DNA of 63,830 nt, filler included, from Reclinomonas americana ATCC 50394 (lineage: Eukaryota): the NCBI GenBank assembly GCA_048213135.1. It is 21 parts of 21 records of this genome, joined end to end, with 100 filler letters (N's around TTAATTAATTAA, not from the genome) between each part and the next. Parts side by side here need not be neighbours in the genome. Positions count along the whole stretch, not along the records: positions 50,482 to 52,867 come from AFZH01022290.1; positions 52,968 to 55,813 come from AFZH01022291.1; positions 55,914 to 57,541 come from AFZH01022292.1; positions 57,642 to 58,661 come from AFZH01022293.1; positions 58,762 to 60,960 come from AFZH01022294.1; positions 61,061 to 62,501 come from AFZH01022295.1; positions 62,602 to 63,830 come from AFZH01022299.1; 14 more parts are not named here. One strand, 5' to 3'. The position numbers and the translations under genes were made by a program. Position 1 is the stretch's first letter. The number at the start of each line of letters is the position of its first letter. The notes under the pieces were generated by a model that saw only the letters and a program-made list of their open reading frames with translations, was not told the DNA's origin and searched no databases. Positions 51,751-63,830 of the stretch are shown in pieces.

Positions 51751-52867
51751 ATGACCGCCGTCCCCACCCGCTTGTCTCTGCCCGCGGGATTCCGCTGGTC
51801 CGCCGCGACATCCGCCTTCCAGATCGAGGGGGCCCGTGGCGCCGAGGGCAGCGGTCGATCGATCTGGGACGACTACCTCGAGGCTCCCGGCGCGATCAAG
51901 GACTGCTCCACGGCCGATCCCGCGTGCGACAGCTATCGGCATCCGGAGGCGGACGTGTCTCTCGCGGCCGGTCTCGGCCTCGATCGCTACCGCTTCTCGA
52001 TCCCGTGGGCGCGGGTGCAGCCCGATGGCAGGGGAGCGGCGAACACCGCGGCCCTCGACCACTACTCGCGCTTCGTGGATCTCCTGCTGGAAGCCGGCGT
52101 CGCTCCCTTTCCGACCCTGTATCACTGGGAGATGCCCAGCGCCGTCGAGGCCGACGGCGGATGGCTCCGTCGTGACACGGTCGAGCGCTTCGCCGACTAC
52201 GCCGCGATCGTGGTCGACCGACTGGGCGATCGCGTCGCCCAGTGGTACACCCTGAACGAGCCGGCGATGACCACGCTGCAGGGCTATGCGGTCGGTGCGC
52301 TCGCCCCCGGGAAGCAGCTGCTGTTCGACGCCCTGCCGACCGTTCATCACCAGCTCCTCGCGCACGCCCGCGCCGCCGAGGCCATCCGATCCCGCGGCTC
52401 CGCCCAGGTCGGCCTGGTGAACAACCACACCTGGGTGCTTCCTCTCAACGACACGGCAGAGGACCGTCGTGCAGCAGCTCTCTACGACATGATCCACAAT
52501 CGGGTGTTCAGCGAGCCGCTCCTGGCCGGCGGGTATCCCGACCTTGCGGCCTGGGGGCTTCCTGCCATGCCGGTGCAGGACGGCGATCTCGAAGCGATCC
52601 GGGCATCGATCGACTTCTACGGCATCAACTTCTACAACCCGACCACCGTCACCGCCGCAGATGCGTCGAGCCCCATCCCGTTCGACATCGTGCCGACACC
52701 GGGCGTCGCCGTCACCGGATTCGGACCCGAATGGCCGATCATGCCGGAGGCTCTGCGCGATCTCCTGATCGACCTGCGCACACGGCATCCGCACCTCCCT
52801 CCCGTCATCATCGGCGAGAACGGCGCCTCGTTCCCCGAGCCCGATCGCGCCGCACGCGTCGAGGATG
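51751..52867 (+). CDS. GH1 beta-glucosidase, 3' partial
   Basis: ATSAFQIEG, YRFSIPW, TLYHW, TLNEP, GENG. Confidence 0.95.
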
Positions 52868-53025
52868 NNNNNNNNNNNNNNNNNNNNNNNNNNNNNNNNN
52901 NNNNNNNNNNNTTAATTAATTAANNNNNNNNNNNNNNNNNNNNNNNNNNNNNNNNNNNNNNNNNNNNAGAGGTGCGGATGCCGTGCACGAAGACGATCTG
53001 GACGTTCACGCGTTCAGCATAAGGA

Positions 53026-53060
53026 AAGCGGGGCCGGTGGATGAACCACCGACCCCGCTC
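53026..53060 (-). terminator. Hairpin downstream of the substrate-binding protein gene
   Basis: AGCGGGGCCGGTGG...CCACCGACCCCGCT. Confidence 0.6.
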
Positions 53061-53095
53061 CGGGGCACTTCGACGAGCTCAGTGTCCCCGGGGAA

Positions 53096-54814
53096 TTACT
53101 TCTCCCAGCCGAGGTTCTCGACGGGAGTGACTCCGAAGAGGTCCAGTCCGACGTACGGCTCCGGCGTGAGGTTCGCCAGACCCTTCTGGGCCACGTAGAC
53201 CGACGGACCGTTGTAGAGCGGGATGACGCCCCAGGTCTTCTCGATCAGCTTCGGCTCGAGCTTCATGGCAGCTTCGGTCCAGCTCTTGGCGTCCTTCTGC
53301 GACTCGACCTCGTCAGCGATCTCCTTGTCCATCTCGGCGTTGCCGGTGGCGGAGAGGTTCAGACCGCTGTCGGAGCAGTAGATCTGGCACATCCACGCCG
53401 GTCCGAACGGGTCGGAGTCGGTGAAGCGGAGACCGAAGATGTCCCAGTTCTTCGACGTGAAGTCATCGGAGAAGTCAGCCGACGCGCGGACCTCGATCTG
53501 CACATCGATGCCGATCTCCTTCTGCTGAGCCTGCAGCGACTTCGCGAGCGCCTCCTGCACGGGGCTGTTGCTGAAGATCGGGTAGACGACCGTGAACTTG
53601 ACGCCGTCCTTCTCGCGGATGCCGTCATCGCCCTCGACCCAGCCTGCGTCGTCGAGGAGCTTCTTGGCGCCGTCGACGTCGTACTTCAGACCGGCTTCGC
53701 CGAACGCGTCGGACCACCCGTCTTGGAAGGAGTACATGTTCAGCGAGCCGGCCGCCTCTTCCTCGTAGCCGAGGCCGTTCCAGGCGATCTGCTTCTGCTG
53801 GTCGATGTTGATTCCCATGAAGAACGCCTTGCGCACCTCGAGGTCTGCGAACTGCGGCTTGTCGCCGTCGACCATGAGGACCGTCTTGGCGGTCTGCTGA
53901 GCGCGACGGACGACAGCGCCGTCGACGTCCTCGACCTGGGCCAGGCGCTCCTGGCTGCCGGCCTCCACCTGGTCGATCTCGCCGTTCTTGAAGGCGTTGA
54001 TCGCGGCGTCGTCTTCCAGCGCCGTGAAGGTCACCTTGTCGAGCAGCGGCGCGTTGCCCCACCACTCGGGGTTCGGCTTGAACGAGACGAAGCCCGCGTT
54101 CGCGTCGAACTCGTCGACGGTGTACGGACCCGCACCCCACTCGGCGTTGAGGTTGCCGATGTAGGCGTTGTTGAAGGTCTCGACATCAGCGTGCTTCGGG
54201 TTGAGGACACCACCCGTGAGGAACGCCATGGACGGCCATGCGTAGATGCCGTCGAAGGTGACGACCGCGGTCTTCACGGAGTCGCCCTCCTCGACCGACG
54301 TGATCTGCTTGTAGCCGTCGGTCGCGTTCGGGTTGTAGCCCTCCTCGGTCGAGCGGTTCGCCTTCCACGTCGCGTCGATGGCGGTCCAGTCCATGTCGGT
54401 GCCGTCGTTGAAGTGGGCCTCGTCCGTGAACGTGAAGGTCAGCGTCGTGTTGCCGCCGTCCTCGCCGATCTCGTAGGCGTCGAGGTACGCGTCGTTCTTC
54501 GTGACCTCACCCTCCGGGCTGACGAGGAGGAGCTGCGGCATGTAGTAGTACCACAGGCGCGCCGTGTCGGCGCTGGCGTCGCTGTTGAAGGCGTTGAGCT
54601 GCTCCGGGACCTCGTTGATCTCGAAGTTGACCTCGCCGCCCTCCTTCAGGTTCTCGCGGGGCTGCGGGTTGTAGTCCGCTGCCTTGGTCTCGACGGTCTC
54701 GCCGCCGCCGTTGTCCCCGCCGCCGGTGTTCCCGGAGCCGCTCGCGCAACCCGCGAGGGCGAGTGCGAGGGCGCCGCTGATCGCGATGGCCCCCAACAAC
54801 TTCTTGTTCTTCAT
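53096..54814 (-). CDS. ABC transporter family 5 substrate-binding lipoprotein
   Basis: Lipobox LAGC, F.DGT, GAGPY, GDDGIREKDG. Confidence 0.9.
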   Translation of the reverse strand: MKNKKLLGAIAISGALALALAGCASGSGNTGGGDNGGGETVETKAADYNPQPRENLKEGGEVNFEINEVPEQLNAFNSDASADTARLWYYYMPQLLLVSPEGEVTKNDAYLDAYEIGEDGGNTTLTFTFTDEAHFNDGTDMDWTAIDATWKANRSTEEGYNPNATDGYKQITSVEEGDSVKTAVVTFDGIYAWPSMAFLTGGVLNPKHADVETFNNAYIGNLNAEWGAGPYTVDEFDANAGFVSFKPNPEWWGNAPLLDKVTFTALEDDAAINAFKNGEIDQVEAGSQERLAQVEDVDGAVVRRAQQTAKTVLMVDGDKPQFADLEVRKAFFMGINIDQQKQIAWNGLGYEEEAAGSLNMYSFQDGWSDAFGEAGLKYDVDGAKKLLDDAGWVEGDDGIREKDGVKFTVVYPIFSNSPVQEALAKSLQAQQKEIGIDVQIEVRASADFSDDFTSKNWDIFGLRFTDSDPFGPAWMCQIYCSDSGLNLSATGNAEMDKEIADEVESQKDAKSWTEAAMKLEPKLIEKTWGVIPLYNGPSVYVAQKGLANLTPEPYVGLDLFGVTPVENLGWEK

Positions 54815-54956
54815 GGTGCTCCTTCCGCCTTTCGGCGATTCATAAAGGGAAGAATAGTTCGCCTTGTTCCGAACCACAGCGGGCGACAGTGAATACCGCC
54901 TAACCGTTATCGGACGGTGACCACAGCATCGTTCCGCGGATTTTCGTGGTCGTGTC

Positions 54957-55813
54957 TCAGGCCGTCACGGCGCGGGTGCTCATGGTCTCGGCATCGAAAA
55001 CCACGCGCTGGCGCGTGCGTTCGATGTCGGGATCGGGAACGGGGATGGCCGAGAGCAGCGCCTTCGTGTACGGATGCTGCGGGTTCTCGAAGACGTCGTC
55101 GACGTCGCCGTGCTCCACGAAGTCACCGAGATACATGACCGCCACGCGGTCCGCGATGTGCCGCACGACGGACAGGTCGTGCGCGACGAACAGGTACGAC
55201 AGACCCAGCTTCGCCTTCAGCTCATCGAGGAGGTTGATCACGCCCGCCTGGATCGAGACGTCGAGTGCCGACACCGGCTCATCCAGGACGACGATCTTCG
55301 GGTTGGTCGACAGGGCACGGGCGATGCCGATGCGCTGTCGCTGTCCTCCGGAGAACGCCTGCGGGAAGCGGTCGCTGTGCGCGGGATTCAGCCCGACGAG
55401 GTCCATCAGCTCGTCGACCCGACGGTGCGCCTCCTCCTTGGGGGTCCCGATCGCGAAGAGCGGCTCCGAGATGATGTCGGCGACCGTCATGCGCGGGTCG
55501 AGTGCTCCCATCGGGTCCTGGAAGACGATCTGGATGTCGCGGCGCAGCTGACGCTCTACCTTGTGGCTGTGGATGTCGTTCACGCTCGTGCCGGCGATGA
55601 CGATGTCGCCGTCGGTCTGCTTGACCATGTCCATGATCTGCAGGAGCGTCGTCGTCTTGCCGCTCCCGGACTCGCCGACGATCGCCATCGTCTCGCCCTC
55701 GCGCACATCGAAGCTCACGCCCTTGATCGCGTGCACCTCACCGACCTTGCGCTTCAGGAACGCGCCCTTGAGAAGAGGGAACGTCTTGGTGAGGTTCTTG
55801 ACCTCGAGCGTGA
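54957..55813 (-). CDS. Dipeptide/oligopeptide ABC ATPase, 5' partial
   Basis: GESGSGKT, FQDP, FSGGQRQR, DEPVSALD, HPYT. Confidence 0.93.
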
Positions 55814-55913
55814 NNNNNNNNNNNNNNNNNNNNNNNNNNNNNNNNNNNNNNNNNNNNTTAATTAATTAANNNNNNNNNNNNNNNNNNNNNNNNNNNNNNN
55901 NNNNNNNNNNNNN

Positions 55914-58661
55914 ACACTTCCGCCGCTTACAATTCCACTAACAGAAAGCGATGAGCCCACAATCGTGCCACCTGACAAGATCCCGCTTGTGGTAATACTG
56001 CCACCGCTGACAATGCCTACGGCGCTAATGTTGCTTGTGATACCAAGAGTATTCGTGACGATGACGGAGGCGCTGATCGAGCCAGAGGTAGTAAGGTCAG
56101 CCGCAGTCAATAGGCCGGCAGTGCTGATGGAACTACTCTGCAATGACCCCACAGTGGTCACGCTGCCACCTGCTATCAGACCGCCTGCATTAATCACACC
56201 GAATGTGCTGATGCTGCCGCCTTGCACCGAGCCCGCTGTCGTCACACTGCCGGCACTGATCAAACCAGACGAGCTGACGGTGCCAGACTGCATGCTGCCA
56301 ACCGTCGTCACACTGCCACCACTGATCAAGCCAGAGGAGCTCACAGTGCCACTCTGCATGCTGCCGACCGTCGTCACACTGCCACCGCTCATCAAACCAG
56401 ACGCGCTGACAGTGCCACTCTGCATGCTGCCAACCGACGTCACACTGCCACCGCTGATCAACCCAGATGAGCTGACGGTGCCAGACTGCATGCTGCCAGT
56501 CGACGTGAAGCTACCACCGCTCACGAGACCAAACGAGCTCACAGTGCCAGATTGCACACTGCTAACTGTCGTCACACTGCCGCCGCTGATCAATCCTGCA
56601 GAGCTCACAGTTCCAGACTGCATGCTGCCAGTCGACGTGAAGCTTCCGCTGCTAACAACGCCAAAGGAGCTTATAGTGCCAGACTGCACGCTGCCGACCG
56701 TCGTCACACTACCGCCGCTGATCAAGCCGAATGAGCTCACAGTGCCGGACTGCACGCTGCCAGTTGTCGTCACGCTGCCGCCGGTAATCAGACCACCAGC
56801 GCTAATCACACCGAGCGTGCTGATACTCACGCCCTGCAGCGAGCCCGCTGTCGTCACACTACCGCCGCTGATCAAGCCGAATGAGCTCACAGTGCCAGAC
56901 TGCATGCTGCCGACCGTCGTCACACTGCCACCACTGATCAAGCCGAACGAGCTGACAGTGCCAGACTGCACACTGCCAGTCGACGTGAAGCTACCACCGC
57001 TGATCAACCCGAATGAGCTGACGGTGCCACTCTGCATGCTGCCAACCGACGTCACACTGCCACCGCTGATCAACCCAGATGAGCTGACGGTGCCAGACTG
57101 CATGCTGCCAGTCGACGTGAAGCTACCACCGCTCACGAGACCAAACGAGCTCACAGTGCCAGATTGCACACTGCCAACTGTCGTCACACTGCCGCCGCTG
57201 ATCAATCCTGCAGAGCTCACAGTTCCAGACTGCATGCTGCCAGTAGACGTGAAGCTTCCGCTGCTAACAACGCCAAAGGAGCTTATAGTGCCAGACTGCA
57301 CGCTGCCGACCGTCGTCACACTACCGCCGCTGATCAAGCCAAATGAACTCACAGTGCCAGATTGCATGCTGCCGACCGTCGTCACGCTGCCCCCAGTAAT
57401 AAGACCACCAGCGTTAATCACACCGAGCGTGCTTATACTGCCACCCTGCAGCGTACCCGCTGTCGTCACACTACCGCCGCTGATCAAGCCGAATGAGCTG
57501 ACGGTGCCGGACTGCATGCTGCCGACCGTCGTCACACTGCCNNNNNNNNNNNNNNNNNNNNNNNNNNNNNNNNNNNNNNNNNNNNTTAATTAATTAANNN
57601 NNNNNNNNNNNNNNNNNNNNNNNNNNNNNNNNNNNNNNNNNGCCAGACTGCATGCTACCAACCGTCGTCACGCTGCCGCCGCTGATCAACCCGAATGAGC
57701 TCACAGTGCCAGACTGCACACTGCCGACCGTCGTCACGCTGCCACCACTGATCAAGCCAAACGAGCTGACAGTGCCTGACTGCACGCTGCCGACCGTCGT
57801 CACGCTGCCGCCGCTGATCAACCCGAATGAGCTGACGGTGCCAGACTGCATGCTGCCGACAGTCGTCACACTTCCGCCACTGACCAAACCAGACGAGCTG
57901 ACAGTGCCAGACTGCATGCTACCAACCGTCGTCACACTACCGCCGCTGATCAAGCCGGACGAGCTGACAGTGCCAGATTGCACACTGCCGACCGTCGTCA
58001 CGCTGCCACCACTGATCAAGCCAAACGAGCTGACAGTGCCAGACTGCACACTGCCGACCGTTGTCACGCTGCCGCCACTGATCAACCCGAATGAGCTGAC
58101 GGTGCCAGACTGCACACTGCCGACCGTTGTCACGCTGCCGCCGCTGATTACACCGAATGTGCTGACGGACCCGCTCAACAGCGATCCCACAGTCGTCACG
58201 CTGCCGCCACTAACGACTCCAAAGGTACTGACCGAGCCACTTTGCAGTGTTCCAGCCGTAGTGACGCTGCCACCGCTGATCAATCCAGCAGCACTGAGGT
58301 TACTGCTCAGCGCGAGGGTGTTTGTAAAAATGGTGGATGCACTGATCGACCCACTGGTGGAAATCGTGCCGCCGAACACCGTACCAGCCGTACTCATTGT
58401 ACCGCCCTGTATGCTACCGACAGCAGTAAGGCTGCCGCCACTAATCATACCCGCAGAACTGATCGATCCGCCACGGATGCTGCCGAGAGTGGTCACGCTA
58501 CCACCGGTAATAATGCCTAGTGCACTCACAGAGCCGGCCTGGACTACGCCCGCGGTCGACAAGGACCCACCGCTGACTGTCCCGATTGCACTCACCGTCG
58601 CTGCACGCACGGCACCGCCCGTTGTCACACTGCCGGCGCTGATGACCCCTGACACGCTGAC
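55914..58661 (-). CDS. Gly/Ser/Thr-rich 22-aa tandem-repeat protein fragments (two contigs)
   Basis: Unit SGTVSSFGLISGGSVTTVGS(M/V)Q; open frame throughout both contigs. Confidence 0.7.
55914..58661. repeat. 66-bp coding tandem repeat with a 612-bp higher-order duplication
   Basis: The sequence at 56461 recurs nearly identically at 57073. Confidence 0.9.
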
Positions 58662-58761
58662 NNNNNNNNNNNNNNNNNNNNNNNNNNNNNNNNNNNNNNN
58701 NNNNNTTAATTAATTAANNNNNNNNNNNNNNNNNNNNNNNNNNNNNNNNNNNNNNNNNNNN

Positions 58762-61700
58762 CCACGGCATCCAGGTCGACGACGAATGGCACACCAGGAG
58801 TGAGACGCAGAACTTGCCCGGCGGCGCTTCCGACTCGGACGACAGCAGTATTGACAGAGACACTTGTGATCGCGTCTGCACGATACTGTACGTGAGTACA
58901 CGACGAGAAAGAGATGACGAGCAAAATACAGCACATACGCAGCTGACAATAACCGTCTGGGTCGACGTCATACCCAGTTGACCGACGGACACGCTGCTGG
59001 CGGCGACGACCGCCGCAGCAAACTCACGACCAATGGTCAGCTGCGTACCAAATTCGAGTTCCAGTGCACTCTTCGAGTTGACGGACAGCTTCGATCCCGG
59101 AGAGGCCACATCGACATCACCGGCCATGCTGAGCACTGTGCTGGCAAAGGCGTCGATTCGCAGTTTCGACACATTGTCGATGAGGAACATCAAGCTGGTA
59201 CCAACGCCGGCGCTGGTGCTGGCAAACATGCCAGTGTCACCGTCACCAGTAAACGAGTATCCCACATTTCCGCTATTGCCGGCAACGGGCGGCGAACCCT
59301 TGCCGGCTCGCACGCCGCCGACTGTGTGCAGCGACGCTTCAGGGGCCAGCGTACCTACACCGAGCCAGCCTGCGCCAGTGAACACGGCACGACTCGCCAC
59401 GAGTATGTTGCCCGTGAAGCCACCTCCCACGCGAAGACCACCAGCATTCGGCGCTGTACTAAGCGCCTCAAGTACCGCGCTCGAGGCCAGAGACACAGTG
59501 GTCTCAGAGATGGCGAGATTGCCCGTCATGCTAATGGTTGAGGGTGATGTTGCGGGCACGGTGATCCGCGGCGTTCCACCAACTTGCACCACGAGGTTGC
59601 ACGATGTCCCACTCACAGAGTCGCAGAACAGTCCAGTAGAACCGAAGCTCTCAAACGAAAAACCAAAGTCGTCGGCAGTGGAGGCTGGAATGCCACGGCT
59701 TGCACGCACACCGCCAGCTACTTCGAGACGGCCACGTGGTGCGCCGGTGCCCACTCCAAGAGCTCCACCGCTGAGAAGGGTCATGCGAGTCGGCGTGGCG
59801 CCCCAGCGCATCTCCTGGGTACCACCGCCGATAACGAGCACTGATGCAGCGAACGATGCCAGTGGCGCAGTACCGAGAGTGATTGTGGAGCCAGTGATTG
59901 CCATATCACCAGTGACGGTGACAGCTGTAGCGGCAAGGCTGGGCACATAGAGCCGATTTACACCGTTCACACGCAGCGCCAAGTCGGCGGCGGTAGTCAC
60001 AGGGGAGAACAGACCAGTGGCGCCACTTGGACCCTGGAACGATACACCAACATCGAGGCTGCCGCCAGCCGGGTCACCCTGTGCCACTTGAACGCCACCG
60101 GCAACATGCAAGCGAGTGACAGGCGCCCCAATACCAATACCCAGCCGACCAGAGCTGGAAAGGACCATAGCCAACGTCGGAGAATTTGCGCGCCACATAA
60201 TGTCACCGGTGGCAGATGGGACAAAGGACACTGATGATGCCAGCCCAATAGTAGCGAGGGGAGCGCCAGCAAGGCTGATGGCCGACCCCGACACCGACAG
60301 CGAACCAGTCAGGGCGATAGCATCAATGACACTGGTTGGAATGAACAAGCGGGTGGTCGAATCCACCGTGAGCGACAAGTTGTTCGTCGCTGATGTTGAG
60401 AACATGCCAGTGCCCGCGGCTCCGTCAAACGAAAAGCCGGCGTTGGATGCTGTCGCCCCACGTCCCGCACGCACACCACCCAGCACGTGCAGCTGAGTGC
60501 CTGGCGCACTTGTGCCAATACCGACCAAACCCGTAGAGGCAACCATCTGTAAAAAAAAAATGGCAACCGTGTCAACCAACGAACAAGGACTCAACAGCGA
60601 ATATCTCGACAACAGCACACACACCAACGCATCCGGCCCGAGGAAGACTTGCGAAGCATCGCTACCAAGGCGAATTACAGAGCCGACTGTGCCGGCCAGA
60701 GATACTCCACCCACGCGCACACTGTTTTGCTGTACGTCTAGCGTGCCAAACACGGTGACTGGCAGCAACGAATCCGCCGGTATACGCAGCCGGCTAACTC
60801 CACCAATGCTCATCACCAAATCGCCCACTGACGCCGCGGCTAAAACAACACGATTCAGAGGTGAGTGAAAAACTGAAAGAGGGCGTCCAGAGATCGCACT
60901 GGAACAGCAGACGCACCAGTCATGTACAGGCCGCTATCACCGTACGCGCCGAACGAAAAANNNNNNNNNNNNNNNNNNNNNNNNNNNNNNNNNNNNNNNN
61001 NNNNTTAATTAATTAANNNNNNNNNNNNNNNNNNNNNNNNNNNNNNNNNNNNNNNNNNNNCCCTCCGGCCACATTAACGCCACCAGTGTAGGCCGCGCTG
61101 AAATTGATGTGCAGTACATCGGTTGCCGAATCGACAAACAGCGGCGACCGGCCTCCCGCGCCCAACTGCAGCGAAGAGCCGAGAATCGACAAGCCACCAC
61201 CAGTGATAATTACGTTGCTGGCAAGTGAGTTGGGCATTTGGATTCGTGCAACTCCGTCCACCGCCAGCACCATGTCACTGCCATTGGCGGTCGTCCCACC
61301 CACGGCAAACAGACCAGTATCACCATCGCTGTCAAAGGCGTACCCTGCGTCTCCACTGTTTGACGCAGGAATCACACCCTTCGCCGCGCGCACACCGCCA
61401 GCCGCATGAATTGTGGCCAGTGGGTTGTTTCCGAGACTGATGGCGGGAGACTGATGAGAGTGGGAAATGAGACGTCGGAGTCGGGCAACACAAACGCAAC
61501 GATGACCCCACTGCCAAGCGACCATCAGAGGTGCGCAGGAACATTTGGCTGCCGCCGAACGCCACGCCGCCAGTGAACGCCAGCGAGGAGTTAATGCCCA
61601 GAACATCAGTGGCCGAATTGTACGACAGAGCGACGCGGTTGCTGGTGCCCACGGCAACTGAGCCGCCGCCAACGAGGAGCGACTGGGAGAGCGCCACAGA

Positions 61701-62501
61701 GGCACTCGTGTCGCTGGGAATCAGCAGGCGCTGCGATCCGTCAATGACCAGCGAGAGGGAGCTGGTGTCAGAACTTGTGCCTATCAAAGTGTGAGACACC
61801 ACGCGCACACGCAAAGGAATGGTGAGAAAGGAAAAAAACACAACCTCCAGATGCAAACAAGCCAGTGTCGCCGTCCTTGGCAAACGCAAAGCCCACATCG
61901 CCGCTGTTGCCACCAGAGAGACCCTTGGCCGCTCGTACACCTACGCCGCGCAAGTAAACAACTGATTCACAATACGGCTCTCTCTTCCTCGCACGCACAA
62001 ACCTCCAGCCGAATGCAGCGTGGCCTCCGGCGCCAGCGCCAGAGCACTGCCGACTCCAAGACGACCAGTGCCTGTCGAACTCAAAATCATCTGGTTGGCG
62101 CCAAACACGATGCCATTCTCGAACGCATTGCCTGCGTGAATTATATCGCAGGGTGTTAACAACAGAGGCATCAGTATGGTTGCTGCAAGGGGGCATTCGA
62201 AGCAATTAGGCGTCGACGAACCGGGATTGAGAGACAAAAGACCAAGAGCGTCTTGTGTCTGCAACACCAGTCGAGCTGGTGTGCCCAACGACAGTCGAGT
62301 TGATGCAATCGAGACATCGCCACTGATGGACACGGCGCCGCCAACAGGAGGCACTTGAATGCGAGAGACGCCATCGACTTGCAGAACCAGGGAGCTCCCA
62401 GAGACGCCAGTGCCTGCCAAGCGCACAGATGAGTGGAGAGCGGAGGAGTGGGGGAGGGAGGGAGGGAGGGAGGGAGGGAGGGAGGGAGGGAGCACCTGTG
62501 G
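58762..62501 (-). CDS. Intron-containing eukaryotic gene fragments encoding virus/phage fibre-like repeats (two contigs)
   Basis: Recurrent G(L/V)G(I/V)GT.AP...LHV.GGVRA..G and (F/Y)SF..DGDTG(L/M)F motifs; frames restored by removing GT-AG introns. Confidence 0.75.
60840..60916 (-). other. Spliceosomal intron (clearest example); others at 60547-60624, 61781-61844, 61941-62002, 62132-62221, 62414-62495, and less certain ones near 58887-58938 and 61437-61512
   Basis: GTGCGT...CTCAC...TTTTAG; splicing gives GDSGLYMTA-AASVGDLVM. Confidence 0.85.
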
Positions 62502-62782
62502 NNNNNNNNNNNNNNNNNNNNNNNNNNNNNNNNNNNNNNNNNNNNTTAATTAATTAANNNNNNNNNNNNNNNNNNNNNNNNNNNNNNNNNNNNNNNNNNN
62601 NAGAGAGAGAGATGGGGTCGTGTGGAACAGGAGAGTATGGCTACATTGTCAGGAAGAGGAAGGAAAGACATCGTCGATGGAGAGCGAGAGAGAACAACGA
62701 CAAGCAGAGAGAAGCTCGATCTTCTGCAATCTTTTCAGCGCTTGTTGTCTGCGAGAGAGAGAGAGAGAAGGAAACGCTCTTT

Positions 62783-63340
62783 CTACGGTATTCTACCTGC
62801 CATGTCACCCTCATCTCGCTTCCCAGCCTCTTTGGAGAAGGATGACGAAACAAGGGCTATGTGGGAGAGGGAGAGGGAGAGGGAGAGGGAGAGAGAGAAG
62901 AAGAAGAAGAAGAGGAAGAGGAAGAAGAGAATGTCTGCCTCATTGTGGAGAACGAGAGTGCGAGGAGACGCAACAAACGCCGACGGTGTGTTCACGCTGG
63001 TGGGCGACTGCGCAGCAGAAGCAGCAGCCGCTGTCGGGGCTCTGCGCTCATAATACTCGACCGTGGTGACCACGCGTGGAGGCTCCGGATGTACTCCTCG
63101 TGGAGGAGGCGGCGGCATCGCCGTGCCCAACGAATGCAACGGCGACGATGGCGACGACGACGAGGCCGACGAATTCAACGAGGATAGGCGCAAATGATGG
63201 GGAGCATGCACCGATCGTGGTGTTGGTCGTCGCACATTCGCGCCCAAGTTCAGCTCCACGTCGTAGAGGTTGAGGGATTGTTGGCGAGGATTGGGAGGAG
63301 GAGGTGGTGGTGGAGAGGGTGTGCTGTCGCGGCGACGCAT
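62783..63340 (-). CDS. Possible eukaryotic exon, Pro/Ser-rich
   Basis: Open frame between microsatellites; no recognisable domain. Confidence 0.25.
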   Translation of the reverse strand: MRRRDSTPSPPPPPPPNPRQQSLNLYDVELNLGANVRRPTPRSVHAPHHLRLSSLNSSASSSSPSSPLHSLGTAMPPPPPRGVHPEPPRVVTTVEYYERRAPTAAAASAAQSPTSVNTPSAFVASPRTLVLHNEADILFFLFLFFFFFSLSLSLSLSLSHIALVSSSFSKEAGKRDEGDMAGRIP

Positions 63341-63344
63341 CTGG

Positions 63345-63830
<486 letters not shown>

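Noticed and set aside
55965..58713. Long plus-strand Pro/Thr/Val-rich ORFs
   Set aside because: Antisense shadow of the minus-strand Gly/Ser repeat frame; neighbouring spliced exons are also on the minus strand

Overview
This window is not one continuous locus. It is 21 contigs joined by 20 identical 100-nt linkers (N44-TTAATTAATTAA-N44), and they appear to come from three organisms. (1) 1-17614, probably alphaproteobacterial: an acyl-CoA catabolic cluster (AMP-binding ligase, Liv-type ABC transporter, CaiB CoA-transferase, IclR, MaoC proteins, acyl-CoA dehydrogenase, SDR, thiolase, CoA hydrolase), an IS91-like transposase with a tyrosine recombinase, and a hydrolase/LysR pair. (2) 17715-55813, Microbacterium-like: an RHS/FtsK/WXG100 module, accessory enzymes, and an integrative mobilizable element (large serine recombinase, xis-like HTH, relaxase/MobC, Hna-like helicase-nuclease, a peptide-membrane protein-DUF2188 cassette). 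The right junction of that element cuts comEC at its conserved AVSGxN motif. Beyond it lie a PucR/P450/Mhp1 (hyuP)-hydantoin racemase/aminobenzoyl-CoA region, holA, rpsT, a GH1 glucosidase and a peptide-type ABC transporter. (3) 55914-63830, eukaryotic: minus-strand coding sequence for virus-fibre-like repeats interrupted by GT-AG introns, then microsatellites. Several frameshifts sit at homopolymers and are probably sequencing errors. All family assignments come from motif recognition by eye; no searches were run.
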